The translations under genes and the position numbers were made by a program. A stretch of DNA of 64,000 nt from assembly GCA_002436025.1 (NCBI GenBank), contig DIXM01000009.1, forward strand, positions 51,735 to 115,734, in the 5' to 3' direction. The notes under the pieces were generated by a model. That model ran no database searches. It was not told the origin of the DNA and saw only the letters and a program-made list of their open reading frames with translations. Of the stretch, positions 17,910 through 27,676 are shown piece by piece; positions within the stretch are counted from its first letter, which is position 1, and each line of letters begins with the position of its first letter. Source of the DNA: a candidate division Hyd24-12 bacterium UBA6080 (GTDB taxonomy: Bacteria > Fermentibacterota > Fermentibacteria > Fermentibacterales > JCC-6).

Positions 17910-20507
17910 GTGAACAGGGCGATGTGCGAGCTGTTCCGCATGGAGCGCTCCGAGATCCTTGGAGAGACTTACGCGAAGCTGTTTGGAGATGAAGCCGCCG
18001 CTCACATCACGGAGATGGATGAAAGGGTTATCCGGGGCGAGACCGTCAGGGAAACAGTGGAGCGGTCCATTCTGGGTGAGATACGCACCTTCGACATGGT
18101 TAAGGTTCCCGTGCGGGATGCTGACGGCAGTATTGCCGGCGTTTGCGGCATCGCAAGGGACATCACCGACAGAAAGCAGAGCGAAAGAGCTCTGCTCGAC
18201 AAGTCGCGGGAGTTCGAGACTTTCTTTTCCTGCTCACTTGATCTGATGTGCATAGCAGATCTGGGAGGGTGCTTCCGCCGCCTGAACCCGGAATGGGAAC
18301 GAACCCTCGGATACCCGCTGACCGAACTCGAAGGCAGGCAGTTCCTCGATTTCGTGCACCCCGATGACCGGGAAGCCACAAGTCAGGCGCTCGAGTCCCT
18401 TGGCGCGGGCGAAGCCGTGCTTCGGTTCACCAACCGTTACAGGTGCCGGGATGGTTCGTACCGCTTCATCGAATGGCGCTCACTTCCGGTGGGGGAACTT
18501 GTTTTCGCCGCCGCCCGCGACATGACCGAGAGCAGGAAGACCGAGGAGGAGATACACAGCAGGGAGCGTCTTCTTCAGAAGATATTCGATACCCTGCCCA
18601 TAGGCCTTTGGTTCGCCGACAAGGACGGTAGGCTCCTCAGCGGAAACCCTGCGGGGATCAGGATCTGGGGAGCCGAACCCAGGGTGGGGCTTTCGGATTA
18701 CAGTGTTTTCAAGGCCTGGAGGCTTCCCTCCCGGGAGTTCGTCGAGCCTGCGGACTGGGCGCTGGCACACACCGTGCGGGAAGGCGTCACCATCCTCGAC
18801 GAGATGCTTCTCATCGAGGCCTTCGATGGGAGGATGAAGACCATCCTCAACAGCACTGCTCCGGTGACTGACGACGACGGGGTGGTACAGGGCGCGATCG
18901 TGGTCAACCAGGACATCACGGACAGGATGCGGGTTGAGGAGGCCCTCAGGGCCAGCGAGGAGAAGTACCGTCTCATCGCCGAGAATACCGCCGATGTCAT
19001 AACGGTGCTGGACATGGACCTCAATTTCACATACGTGAGCCCCTCCATAGAACGGCTCAGAGGGTACACGGCGGACGAGGCAATGGGCCAGACCCTCGAC
19101 CAGGTGATCACACCCGAGTCAATGGAGCAGATCAGGGGGCTTTTCTACGAAGAACTCGGCAGGGAAGCCGGGCAAGACTCCGACTCGTCCAGGTTTCGCA
19201 CCCTGATAATCGAGGAGTACTGCCGCGGGGGAGGCACGGTCATGGCCGAGGTCAGCTGTTCCTTCCTCAGGGACGAGAACGGGAAACCAGTGGGCGTTCT
19301 CACCGTCTCACGCGACATCTCCGAGCGCAGGAAGGCCGAGGCGGAGAAGGAGAGCCTGCAACAGCAGCTCATCCAGTCTCAGAAGATGGAGTCTGTTGGC
19401 CGTCTTGCCGGCGGTGTGGCCCACGATTTCAACAACATGCTTGGCGTTATCATAGGCTACGCCGAGATGGCTGTGGCCGGACTCGATGCCGGAAACCCCC
19501 TTCAGAAAAACCTTGGCGAGATCATCAGGGCTGCACGCCATTCCGCTGAGCTGACGGGTCAGCTCCTGGCCTTTGCCCGGCGTCAGGAGGTCAGCCCCCG
19601 TGTGCTCAGCCTGAACAGGTTGATCGACGGCACGCTCAACATGCTTCGCAGACTTTTGGGAGAGGATGTCGACCTGGAATGGAACCCCGGCACTTCCCTC
19701 TGGAACGTCAGGATCGACCCCACCCAGGTTGACCAGATACTTGCGAACCTCACCGCCAACGCCCGCGATGCCATCTCAGGCGTGGGATCCCTTGTCATCT
19801 CCACATCGAACGTATCGGTTGCCGGGCGGAGTGACGCCCTCCCCGGCCTTATTCCCGGTGATTACGTTCTTCTCACAGTGTCTGATGATGGGTGCGGAAT
19901 AGAACCCGAGCAGATAGACCACCTGTTCGAGCCGTTCTTCACCACCAAAGAGATGGGAAAGGGCACTGGTTTAGGTCTGGCAACGGTTTACGGCATTGTC
20001 AAGCAGAACATGGGCTACATCTACGTTGACAGCTCGTACGGCAGGGGAACCACTGTCACTGTCTACCTTCCCAGGACCCTTGCCGGTTCGGCAGAGCACG
20101 GTGACACCGAAAGGTGCGCCTCCCCCGTCCGGGGCAGCGAAACCGTTCTTTTCGTGGAGGATGAGGACTCCATACTCGACCTGGGAACGGTCATCCTTGA
20201 GCAGTGCGGCTACAAGGTTCTGAAGGCGAAAAGCCCATCGGACGCATTGGCTCTGCTGAAGGGCCTGAAAACGAAGGTCGACCTTCTGATCTCCGATGTC
20301 GTGATGCCGGGCATGAACGGCCGGGATCTCAGGAAGCTCATCGAAGTGGGGATGCCTGGGATCAAAGTGCTCTACATCTCCGGCTACACCTCGGACATCC
20401 TGGCAGGCCAGGGTATAGCCGACGACAGCCGCTTCTTTCTTCAGAAACCCTTCTCACCCTCGGCGTTCTCCGAGAAGGTCAGGCTGGTCCTCGACAGCAA
20501 CCCGTAA
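17910..20507 (+). CDS. Multi-PAS hybrid sensor histidine kinase with C-terminal receiver domain
   Basis: Four or more PAS/PAC units ([34 protein letters not shown] linkers). HisKA H-box [11 protein letters not shown]; HATPase N/G boxes ([23 protein letters not shown]); receiver (VLFVEDED...[12 protein letters not shown]...K). 17910 is the first canonical start (GTG), but the first PAS fold is encoded upstream of it (see findings). Confidence 0.9.
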   Translation: MNRAMCELFRMERSEILGETYAKLFGDEAAAHITEMDERVIRGETVRETVERSILGEIRTFDMVKVPVRDADGSIAGVCGIARDITDRKQSERALLDKSREFETFFSCSLDLMCIADLGGCFRRLNPEWERTLGYPLTELEGRQFLDFVHPDDREATSQALESLGAGEAVLRFTNRYRCRDGSYRFIEWRSLPVGELVFAAARDMTESRKTEEEIHSRERLLQKIFDTLPIGLWFADKDGRLLSGNPAGIRIWGAEPRVGLSDYSVFKAWRLPSREFVEPADWALAHTVREGVTILDEMLLIEAFDGRMKTILNSTAPVTDDDGVVQGAIVVNQDITDRMRVEEALRASEEKYRLIAENTADVITVLDMDLNFTYVSPSIERLRGYTADEAMGQTLDQVITPESMEQIRGLFYEELGREAGQDSDSSRFRTLIIEEYCRGGGTVMAEVSCSFLRDENGKPVGVLTVSRDISERRKAEAEKESLQQQLIQSQKMESVGRLAGGVAHDFNNMLGVIIGYAEMAVAGLDAGNPLQKNLGEIIRAARHSAELTGQLLAFARRQEVSPRVLSLNRLIDGTLNMLRRLLGEDVDLEWNPGTSLWNVRIDPTQVDQILANLTANARDAISGVGSLVISTSNVSVAGRSDALPGLIPGDYVLLTVSDDGCGIEPEQIDHLFEPFFTTKEMGKGTGLGLATVYGIVKQNMGYIYVDSSYGRGTTVTVYLPRTLAGSAEHGDTERCASPVRGSETVLFVEDEDSILDLGTVILEQCGYKVLKAKSPSDALALLKGLKTKVDLLISDVVMPGMNGRDLRKLIEVGMPGIKVLYISGYTSDILAGQGIADDSRFFLQKPFSPSAFSEKVRLVLDSNP

Positions 20508-20520
20508 GAAAACCCCAGGC

Positions 20521-22713
20521 TCAGAGCATGTGGAACGAAACCGTGAGACCCGCCATGACAATGGAAACCATGCTCATCAGTTTGATCAGGATGTTGAGGC
20601 TGGGTCCGGAAGTGTCCTTGAAGGGGTCTCCCACCGTATCGCCGATGATGGTTGCCTTGTGTGCTTCAGAGCCCTTGCCGCCAAGGTTTCCCTCTTCCAC
20701 ATACTTTTTGGCGTTGTCCCAGGCTCCGCCCGAATTGGCCATGAAGATTGCAAGCACGAAACCCGCTGCCAGCCCTCCGAAAAGCAGGCCCATGACGCCC
20801 CCGACCCCGAGGATCAGCCCGGTCAGGATCGGCACCACTATTGCCAGGGAGGCTGGAAGGACCATCTCCCTCTGCGCTCCACGGGTCGAGATCGCGACAC
20901 ATCTCGTGTAATCGGGTTCGTCGGTGCCCTCCATGATGCCGGGTTTTTCGGCAAACTGCCTGCGGACCTCGTCGACCATGCTCCCCGCTGCTCGTCCGAC
21001 CGCCTGCATCGTCAGGCCGCAGAACAGGAAGGCCATCATTGAGCCGATGAAGGCGCCGATGAGGACTATGGGGTTCATCAGGTGGATATGGTAGTGTGTC
21101 ATCAGGTCCACAAGTGTGGCTGTGGCGACTTCGACAGAATGCCCCCCCACATCTATTGCTTCAACACCCACACGCACCAGACCGACCTTTATCTCCTCGA
21201 GGTAGGAAGCAAGAAGGGCAAGCGCGGTGAGCGCCGCCGAACCAATGGCGAAGCCTTTACCGGTGGCGGCAGTTGTGTTCCCAAGGGCATCCAGGGCGTC
21301 GGTGCGCTCTCTGACCTCCTTCTCGAGCCCGGCCATTTCAGCGTTCCCGCCGGCGTTGTCGGCGATTGGGCCGTAGGCGTCAGTGGCAAGGGTTATGCCC
21401 AGGGTGGAGAGCATGCCAACAGCGGCGATGCCAATACCGTAGAGCCCCATGGAGAGATTGTCGAACTGGAAGCCGGAAGCGAAGAGAAATGACATGACGG
21501 TCCCAATGGAAACCATCAGCACGGGAACCGCCGTGGAGATCATGCCGGTGCCTATCCCCGAGATTATGACCGTGGCAGCACCGGTCCTGGCCTGTGCGGC
21601 TATCGCCTGGGTGGGTTTGTAGGCGTGCGAGGTGTAGTACTCGGTTGATTTGCCTATCACTATCCCCACGATCAGTCCCGTCACCAGTGAGCCCCACACT
21701 CCCCATGCGTTCGGGATGCCGAGAAGGTTCAGGACAACTGCTGATGCCGCAACGATGAGAATGGAGCTTGCGTTCACACCCCTGCCCAGGGCCGCCAGCA
21801 GCTGCTTCTGATCCGCCCCTTCACGGGTGCGGACAAGCAGCATGCCTATCACGGACAGCATGGTTCCTATTCCCGCAATGACAATGGGAGCTATGACGCT
21901 GTTCATCTGAACGGTGCCGCCTGCGGCGGAGAAAGCCGTTGCCCCAAGTGCTGCCGTTGCGAGGATTGCCCCGCAGTAAGACTCGTAAAGGTCGGCGCCC
22001 ATGCCGGCCACATCACCCACGTTGTCACCAACGTTGTCGGCAATCGTGGCGGGATTCCTGGGGTCGTCTTCGGGGATCCCCGCTTCAACTTTACCCACGA
22101 GGTCGGCGCCCACATCGGCGGCCTTTGTAAAAATCCCGCCCCCGACCCTGGCGAAAAGGGCCTGGGTCGACGCTCCCATGCCGAAGGTCAGCATCGTGGT
22201 CGTGATGATGATCAGTGAGGAGGACCCCCCTGATGCGGGGTAGAAGTGGTTCAGGATCAGGAACCACGCCGAGATGTCCAGAAGGGCCAGCCCCACAACG
22301 ACAAGCCCCATGACCGCTCCGCTTCTGAAAGCAAGGGTCAGGCCTTTGTTCAGGGAGTGCCGGGCGGCGTTTGCCGTTCGTGCCGAAGCCTGGGTGGCGG
22401 TCTTCATGCCGAAGAAACCGGCGAGACCCGAGAAGAAGCCTCCGGTGATGAACGCGAAGGGAACCCAGCCGTTCTGCACCTTGAGCACATAGGCCATAAC
22501 CGCGAAAAGCACGGTCAGACAGAGAAAGACGATCAGGACTACCTTGTACTGCTGTTTCAGATAGGCCATTGCACCCTTGCGAACCGCAAGGGCAATGGAG
22601 GCCATCTTCGGTGTACCCTCACTCTGCCTCATCATGTCCTTGTAGAAGAGGAACGCCACAATGAGGGCAAGAACAGATCCGATCGGAGCTATCCAGAACC
22701 ATGGTGTGAGCAT
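20521..22713 (-). CDS. hppA: Membrane-bound ion-translocating pyrophosphatase, K+-dependent type
   Basis: Typical M-PPase motifs: [80 protein letters not shown] 22713 preceded by GGAGGA. The 155-codon upstream extension in the track is unsupported. Confidence 0.95.
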   Translation of the reverse strand: MLTPWFWIAPIGSVLALIVAFLFYKDMMRQSEGTPKMASIALAVRKGAMAYLKQQYKVVLIVFLCLTVLFAVMAYVLKVQNGWVPFAFITGGFFSGLAGFFGMKTATQASARTANAARHSLNKGLTLAFRSGAVMGLVVVGLALLDISAWFLILNHFYPASGGSSSLIIITTTMLTFGMGASTQALFARVGGGIFTKAADVGADLVGKVEAGIPEDDPRNPATIADNVGDNVGDVAGMGADLYESYCGAILATAALGATAFSAAGGTVQMNSVIAPIVIAGIGTMLSVIGMLLVRTREGADQKQLLAALGRGVNASSILIVAASAVVLNLLGIPNAWGVWGSLVTGLIVGIVIGKSTEYYTSHAYKPTQAIAAQARTGAATVIISGIGTGMISTAVPVLMVSIGTVMSFLFASGFQFDNLSMGLYGIGIAAVGMLSTLGITLATDAYGPIADNAGGNAEMAGLEKEVRERTDALDALGNTTAATGKGFAIGSAALTALALLASYLEEIKVGLVRVGVEAIDVGGHSVEVATATLVDLMTHYHIHLMNPIVLIGAFIGSMMAFLFCGLTMQAVGRAAGSMVDEVRRQFAEKPGIMEGTDEPDYTRCVAISTRGAQREMVLPASLAIVVPILTGLILGVGGVMGLLFGGLAAGFVLAIFMANSGGAWDNAKKYVEEGNLGGKGSEAHKATIIGDTVGDPFKDTSGPSLNILIKLMSMVSIVMAGLTVSFHML

Positions 22714-22925
22714 TATATCCTCCGTTATCCCGATCGTGCTGAAAAACATGATCGAGTGAGTCGAAAGTTCCCGAAGAAGGATGGGTCGAAGAGTGGATTG
22801 GCAAACATAACTCCGCCCCATTGCAAGGCAAGATGTGTCGGGCGCGGAGGGTGGCCGTGGATAACACCCTTGAGCCCATTGATTTTGATCCGATCCGCCA
22901 CATAATTGCATGAGCAGATCGAGGG

Positions 22926-24062
22926 ATGATCGTACACAGTGAGAGGGAGGGCGAATTGGCAACCAAGTGTCCCGAGTGCGGCCATCTTTCCCCGGGTGAT
23001 CCCCGGATATGCCCGGGCTGTGGCCGGGAAGCCCGAAGGTATGATCCTTCCAGGTGCGAGTTCTGCGGCTCCCGGGTTGCGTTCGGTTCCGAGTCGTGCG
23101 GAAACTGCGGGGCGCCTTTGCAACAGGGACCTGCAGTTCCGGAAACTGGCGGCGCTCCTGTTGTTTCATCCTCGACAACCGCTCTCAGGACCGGCTGCAT
23201 CGTGGCCGTGGCTGTTCTTATCGCGCTGGTAGCGGGGTTGGTAATGTTTCTGTCCAGAAGTTCAAGAGTGTTTTCCCCGGAGGTCTCCAGCACCGAAACC
23301 ATCGAAAAACTCGAGGAGGTCGTTGTCGACGCCTCCGTACCCGATTCCATCCACACGGGGTACATCGAGGAGGACCGCAACACGGTGGAGATCATCTGGC
23401 CCAGGGTTCTCACCGACCTGCCGGACAGTTGCTACTACCCCAGCCCCTACGATCCCTGCGCCGCTTTCCGGTTCAGGGTCGAGGATCGCAGGGCGCTTGT
23501 GAAACTTGAAGCCTCTGCACCCATCGACCTTGTGATGACCCTGCTGCGCGAGGATGAGACGGGTCTTTCATATGCTGACTGGAACGAGGACGGCCCCTCC
23601 GGCTCCGACCCCATGATCGTGACGCCCCTTTCCGAGGGCACTTACGTAGCTCTGGTAACGTGCCTGGGAGGGTGGGAGTACGGCAGGGTTCGCTTCCTGT
23701 GGTCGGTGGTGATGGAGGAGATTCCCCTGGTTACAGGCGACACCACCTTCACTGTGAGTTTGAGCAGCACCAACCCAATGGCCTGTTTCGACATCGATGT
23801 TCAAAGGGGACGTACATACTCCATCAGAACGATTTCCCGGTCTCAGAACATGGATGCGTTCGTTGAGCTCACCACCGAGGGAGGTTCGGTGCTGAGCGAC
23901 GACGACAGCGGCAGGAACGACAACTGCTGGGGCGATGCTTGCCTTTCCTTCACCGCCGGACCCCTCCAGGAAGGCAGGGCCTTCGTGGTCGTGAGGCCTT
24001 ACAGCACCATGAGTCCGTCCTACAGCGACATGGATGTTGTCTTCACTGTAGGGAGCCCTTGA
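22926..24062 (+). CDS. Membrane-anchored double zinc-ribbon protein with two beta-sandwich (pre-peptidase-C-terminal-like) domains
   Basis: N-terminal CPECG...CPGCG...CEFCG...CGNCG, one TM span (IVAVAVLIALVAGLVMFL), then two roughly 100-aa repeats resembling PPC domains. An alternative TTG start at 22956 follows GAGAGGGAGGG. Confidence 0.6.
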   Translation: MIVHSEREGELATKCPECGHLSPGDPRICPGCGREARRYDPSRCEFCGSRVAFGSESCGNCGAPLQQGPAVPETGGAPVVSSSTTALRTGCIVAVAVLIALVAGLVMFLSRSSRVFSPEVSSTETIEKLEEVVVDASVPDSIHTGYIEEDRNTVEIIWPRVLTDLPDSCYYPSPYDPCAAFRFRVEDRRALVKLEASAPIDLVMTLLREDETGLSYADWNEDGPSGSDPMIVTPLSEGTYVALVTCLGGWEYGRVRFLWSVVMEEIPLVTGDTTFTVSLSSTNPMACFDIDVQRGRTYSIRTISRSQNMDAFVELTTEGGSVLSDDDSGRNDNCWGDACLSFTAGPLQEGRAFVVVRPYSTMSPSYSDMDVVFTVGSP

Positions 24063-24101
24063 GCAAGGGCGTGTTATGCTCTTCTCACAAGCCCCGATTC
24101 C

Positions 24102-24130
24102 TTGACGGGTGTACGCCGGGGCGCTATGCT
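24102..24130 (+). promoter_or_regulatory. Candidate sigma70 promoter of the 276-aa unknown gene
   Basis: TTGACG (24102-24107), 17-nt spacer, TATGCT (24125-24130). AAGGAG lies 7 nt before the ATG at 24184. Confidence 0.4.
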
Positions 24131-24183
24131 CAATTTTGGAAAGAGTGCGATCGTACCGCAAAGCGGACGCAAAGGAGTGACCC

Positions 24184-25014
24184 ATGCCTGAAGTAAATCT
24201 CGTTCTTTCGATTCCGCAGGGGCTGATAACGGCCACTTCACTGGGGATAGGCGGGCTCGCCCGACACAGCAGCCCCGGTTCCGGCAAACATTTCAAGGGT
24301 CGCAAGTTGTTCGTCGATCTGACCCTGAAGGATGGAAGCCCCGACTTCGAGTATCTCGACGAGGGCAACTGGAGGAACACCAGGGGCGACACTGTCAACG
24401 CTCTGAGAGCCGCCGGGGAAGGCAAGCGCACCAAGACGGCCCTCTCCAACAACGCCTTTTCCTGCACCCCGATCAAGGCATACAGAAGCATTTATCTGGT
24501 CAAGACCGCCGGTGAAGTCATGGAGATGGAACCCCAGGGGCAGATCCATGTCTTCAAATCCAGGGACTGCCACGAGGAGATGTCCCCCGACCAGGTGGCC
24601 GAAGCCGCCGGTATTCCTTTCCAGCCCCGTCAGGGAGTTCACCTGTACCTTGTGATGTGCCCCATCCAGCTGATCCTTCTGTCCAACCTCACGCCGGTCG
24701 AGTACGCATGGTACGCCACGCACCGGCCGGGAAAGGTCTTCCGCCAGGTGATCTTCACCGAGCTGCATGACGAGCAGTTCCAGTTCGCCGCGCAGAGCCG
24801 CTTCGAGGACGCCAGGCAGGAACTCGAGACCCAGCCCGACAAGAAGACGAAGACCATCGTTTCCGACAACTGCATCAACGATGTCCTCTTCAACACCTGG
24901 CTTGGATACGGGAAGAACACCGAGGGCGGGATCTACGCGGCCGATCAGACACACATCGATCTCTGGCGTTTCCCGTCAGTGATCCCTGTGAACTGGGACA
25001 GGGCGATCGGCTGA
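24184..25014 (+). CDS. Hypothetical protein, 276 aa, no family recognised
   Basis: Clean ORF with its own promoter-like element, AAGGAG RBS and strong preference for C-ending codons (AAC, GAC, TTC, ATC, TAC, AAG). No signal peptide, TM span or recognisable motif. Confidence 0.7.
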   Translation: MPEVNLVLSIPQGLITATSLGIGGLARHSSPGSGKHFKGRKLFVDLTLKDGSPDFEYLDEGNWRNTRGDTVNALRAAGEGKRTKTALSNNAFSCTPIKAYRSIYLVKTAGEVMEMEPQGQIHVFKSRDCHEEMSPDQVAEAAGIPFQPRQGVHLYLVMCPIQLILLSNLTPVEYAWYATHRPGKVFRQVIFTELHDEQFQFAAQSRFEDARQELETQPDKKTKTIVSDNCINDVLFNTWLGYGKNTEGGIYAADQTHIDLWRFPSVIPVNWDRAIG

Positions 25015-25102
25015 CAGACCACTTCCAGGAACGGACTGAACCCAACCGCCAAACAGCCAACTGCGGCGGCCAAAATGATTTCCAAACAATGCCTTTTTAA
25101 GG

Positions 25103-26302
25103 ATGAAAATGAAAAAGAACGCAGGGTTTGACACAATTCTCGTGCACGGCGGCCAGAAGCCCGACGCCCTCATGGCGGTCAACCCGCCGATCTACCAGAC
25201 GTCAACCTTCGCCTTCCGGAACGCGCAGGACGGGGCGGACTGCTTTTCCGGTGAGAGCGACGGGTTCATCTATACACGCCTTGGAAACCCCACGATCAGG
25301 GTGCTGGAAGACGCCGTGGCAGCCCTGGAGGGCGGATTCGGCGGCATTGCGGTTGCCAGCGGCATGGCAGCGGTGACAACGGTTTACATGACATTCCTTG
25401 GTGCGGGAGACCACATAGTCTCCACCGATGCAGTCTACGGCGCTTCCAGGGGCGTGCTCGAGAAGCAGTTCGTACGCTTCGGCGTGGAGTCGACCTTCGT
25501 GGATACGAGCCGTACCGAACTGATCGAGGCGGCCATCCGCCCCAACACAAAGCTTCTTTTCATCGAGACCCCCGCCAACCCCACCATTTCCATCACGGAC
25601 ATCGAGGCGTGCGCGGTTATCGCCCGCAGGCACGGTATACGCCTCGTGGTGGACAACACTTTCTGCTCGCCCTATCTGCAGAGGCCCTTAGAACTTGGCG
25701 CGGATGTGGTGCTTCACTCTGTCACGAAATTCATCAACGGTCATGCCGATGTTGTGGGCGGCATCATCGTGGCAAAGACAGAAGCCGACCACAGGAACAT
25801 GTACACCGTGATGACCAGCATGGGCCCCAACATGGACCCTCATCAGGCATTCCTGGTCATCCGCGGTCTGAAGACGCTTGCCTTAAGGATCGAGCGCGCC
25901 CAGGCCAACGCCATGCTCATTGCGAAGCACCTCGAAGCCCATCCCGCAGTCGCCTGGGTCAGGTTCCCCGGGTTGCCCTCACATCCCCAGCACATGCTGG
26001 CCAGGCGACAGCAGAAAGGCCCCGGGGCAATGATCTCCTTCGGCCTCAAGGGGGGGCTCGAAGCGGGAAGGGTCCTGATGGACAATGTGGAGCTCGCGGT
26101 CCTCGCGGTGTCACTGGGCGGTGTGGAGACGCTGATCCAGCACCCCGCCTCCATGACCCACGCAAAGGTGTCCCCCGAGGCCAAACTGAAGGCGGGGATA
26201 ACCGACGACCTCGTGCGGTATTCCGTTGGCATCGAAGATGTGAACGACCTGATGGCCGACCTCGACCAGGCCCTGGCCAGGATAGACCAGCCCCTCGGCT
26301 GA
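25103..26302 (+). CDS. Cys/Met-metabolism PLP enzyme, methionine gamma-lyase-like
   Basis: FDTILVHGG, YTRLGNPT, and HSVTKFINGHADVVGG containing the PLP lysine. Length and N-terminus fit MGL / cystathionine gamma-synthase family members. The start could also be ATG 25109. Confidence 0.85.
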   Translation: MKMKKNAGFDTILVHGGQKPDALMAVNPPIYQTSTFAFRNAQDGADCFSGESDGFIYTRLGNPTIRVLEDAVAALEGGFGGIAVASGMAAVTTVYMTFLGAGDHIVSTDAVYGASRGVLEKQFVRFGVESTFVDTSRTELIEAAIRPNTKLLFIETPANPTISITDIEACAVIARRHGIRLVVDNTFCSPYLQRPLELGADVVLHSVTKFINGHADVVGGIIVAKTEADHRNMYTVMTSMGPNMDPHQAFLVIRGLKTLALRIERAQANAMLIAKHLEAHPAVAWVRFPGLPSHPQHMLARRQQKGPGAMISFGLKGGLEAGRVLMDNVELAVLAVSLGGVETLIQHPASMTHAKVSPEAKLKAGITDDLVRYSVGIEDVNDLMADLDQALARIDQPLG

Positions 26303-26305
26303 CCC

Positions 26306-27481
26306 ATGCACAAACCGGTCGTTCTTAAAAAGGGAAGGGAAACCCCGGTAAGGGCCGGGCATCCCTGGGTGTTCTCCCAGGGCATCGAGAGTGAGACCTT
26401 GTTCACGCCCGGCGAGCCCGTGAGCGTTCTTTCCTTCGATGGGGCTTTCATGGGCACGGGCATCATCAACCCCCGCTCGGACATTCGCGTTCGAATGATT
26501 GACAGCTCCGACGTCACCCCCGACACGGCGTACTTTCAGGATCGTCTCTCCCGCCTTCTCGCTTACAAGAGAACACTGCTTTCTGCGGACAGCACAGGAT
26601 TTCGGCTGGTGAACGCCGACGCCGACAGGATACCCGGACTCATAGTGGACATCTACGGTCCCTGCCTTGTCGTGCAGTTTCACGCGGTGAGCGCCGAAGC
26701 CTTTCGGAAGCCCATCCTCGAAGCCCTCGAGAAAGTGGTGAGCCCCGATGTCATTGTTGAGCGCTCCGACCTCGAGGTCAGGAAGCGCGAGGGCCTTGAG
26801 CCCATTCCGGCCCGAATTCTGAAGGGCAGCCTCAACGGTTTCCCCAGGTTCACCGAGAACGGTCTTGTGTTCTTTGCTGATGTCATGCAGGGTCAGAAAA
26901 CGGGTTTCTTCCTCGACCAGCGCATCGCGCGGGAGGTGCTGGGACGGTATGCAAAGGGAAAAACCCTCCTGAACCTGTTCTCCTACTCCGGTGCGTTTGG
27001 CGTGTACGGTGCGAGGCACGGCGCCATCCGTGTCGTGAATGTGGATATCTCCGAAAGGGCGCAGGAGGTTGCCCGGGACAACTTCAGTGTGAACGGCTTC
27101 AAGGGTTCGGGAATCGAGTTCGCAACGACCGATGCCTTCGAGTACCTTTACAACTCCCGGGAAAGTTTCGATTTGGTGGTCTGCGACCCGCCGGCCTTTG
27201 CCAAGACCCAGCGCGCGATTGAAAAGGCCCTGAAGGCGTACACCTCCCTCAACGCCCAGTGCATCGCGAAACTGTCAGAAAGCGGTGTTCTGCTCACATC
27301 CTCGTGTTCGGGACGGATCACCATGGATGATTTCCGGCATACGCTCAGGGTGGCGGCTTACCAGTCACGCCGAAGGCTGCACATCCTTCACGAATTCTCC
27401 CACGCGCCGGACCATACCGACGCCCTCTCCTTCCCCGAGGGAAGGTACCTGAAGACCATCGTGCTCAGGGCGCTGGACTGA
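26306..27481 (+). CDS. rlmI: PUA-domain class I SAM-dependent rRNA (cytosine-C5) methyltransferase, RlmI-like
   Basis: N-terminal KKGRE..VRAGHPWVF, GFRLVNADADRIPGLIVDIY, QKTGFFLDQR, and a methyltransferase core (LNLFSYSGAFG, VCDPPAFAK). Confidence 0.8.
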   Translation: MHKPVVLKKGRETPVRAGHPWVFSQGIESETLFTPGEPVSVLSFDGAFMGTGIINPRSDIRVRMIDSSDVTPDTAYFQDRLSRLLAYKRTLLSADSTGFRLVNADADRIPGLIVDIYGPCLVVQFHAVSAEAFRKPILEALEKVVSPDVIVERSDLEVRKREGLEPIPARILKGSLNGFPRFTENGLVFFADVMQGQKTGFFLDQRIAREVLGRYAKGKTLLNLFSYSGAFGVYGARHGAIRVVNVDISERAQEVARDNFSVNGFKGSGIEFATTDAFEYLYNSRESFDLVVCDPPAFAKTQRAIEKALKAYTSLNAQCIAKLSESGVLLTSSCSGRITMDDFRHTLRVAAYQSRRRLHILHEFSHAPDHTDALSFPEGRYLKTIVLRALD

Positions 27482-27594
27482 CACCACCGCCCTGGCCCGA
27501 CCTTCCCGCAGCAGACAGGTTCGCATTGACTTGTTTGGGATTTGTGCGTAGTGTCCTGCCAAACAAAGATTTGCTTCAGGAAAGGTTTCAAGAA

Positions 27595-27623
27595 TTGCAA
27601 CCGGACCGGGAAGTATTTATATT
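27595..27623 (+). promoter_or_regulatory. Candidate sigma70 promoter upstream of cysteine desulfurase-dsrC
   Basis: TTGCAA (27595-27600), 17-nt spacer, TATATT (27618-27623), inside an unusually AT-rich 195-nt intergenic region. A second candidate, TTGACT-17-TAGTGT, lies at 27526-27554. Confidence 0.4.
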
Positions 27624-27676
27624 CTATTAGCATATAAGAAGATACGAATTAAGAGTGAAGCAGGGAAGGAAATCAA

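Noticed and set aside
20204-20911. 235-aa plus-strand ORF spanning the convergent ends of the kinase and pyrophosphatase genes
   Set aside because: It lies out of frame within the receiver domain and then antisense to hppA. No motifs were found.
22714-23178. 155-codon N-terminal extension of the pyrophosphatase ORF
   Set aside because: The extension is Arg/Pro-rich with no homology to M-PPases. The conserved protein begins at [13 protein letters not shown], whose ATG (22713) follows GGAGGA.
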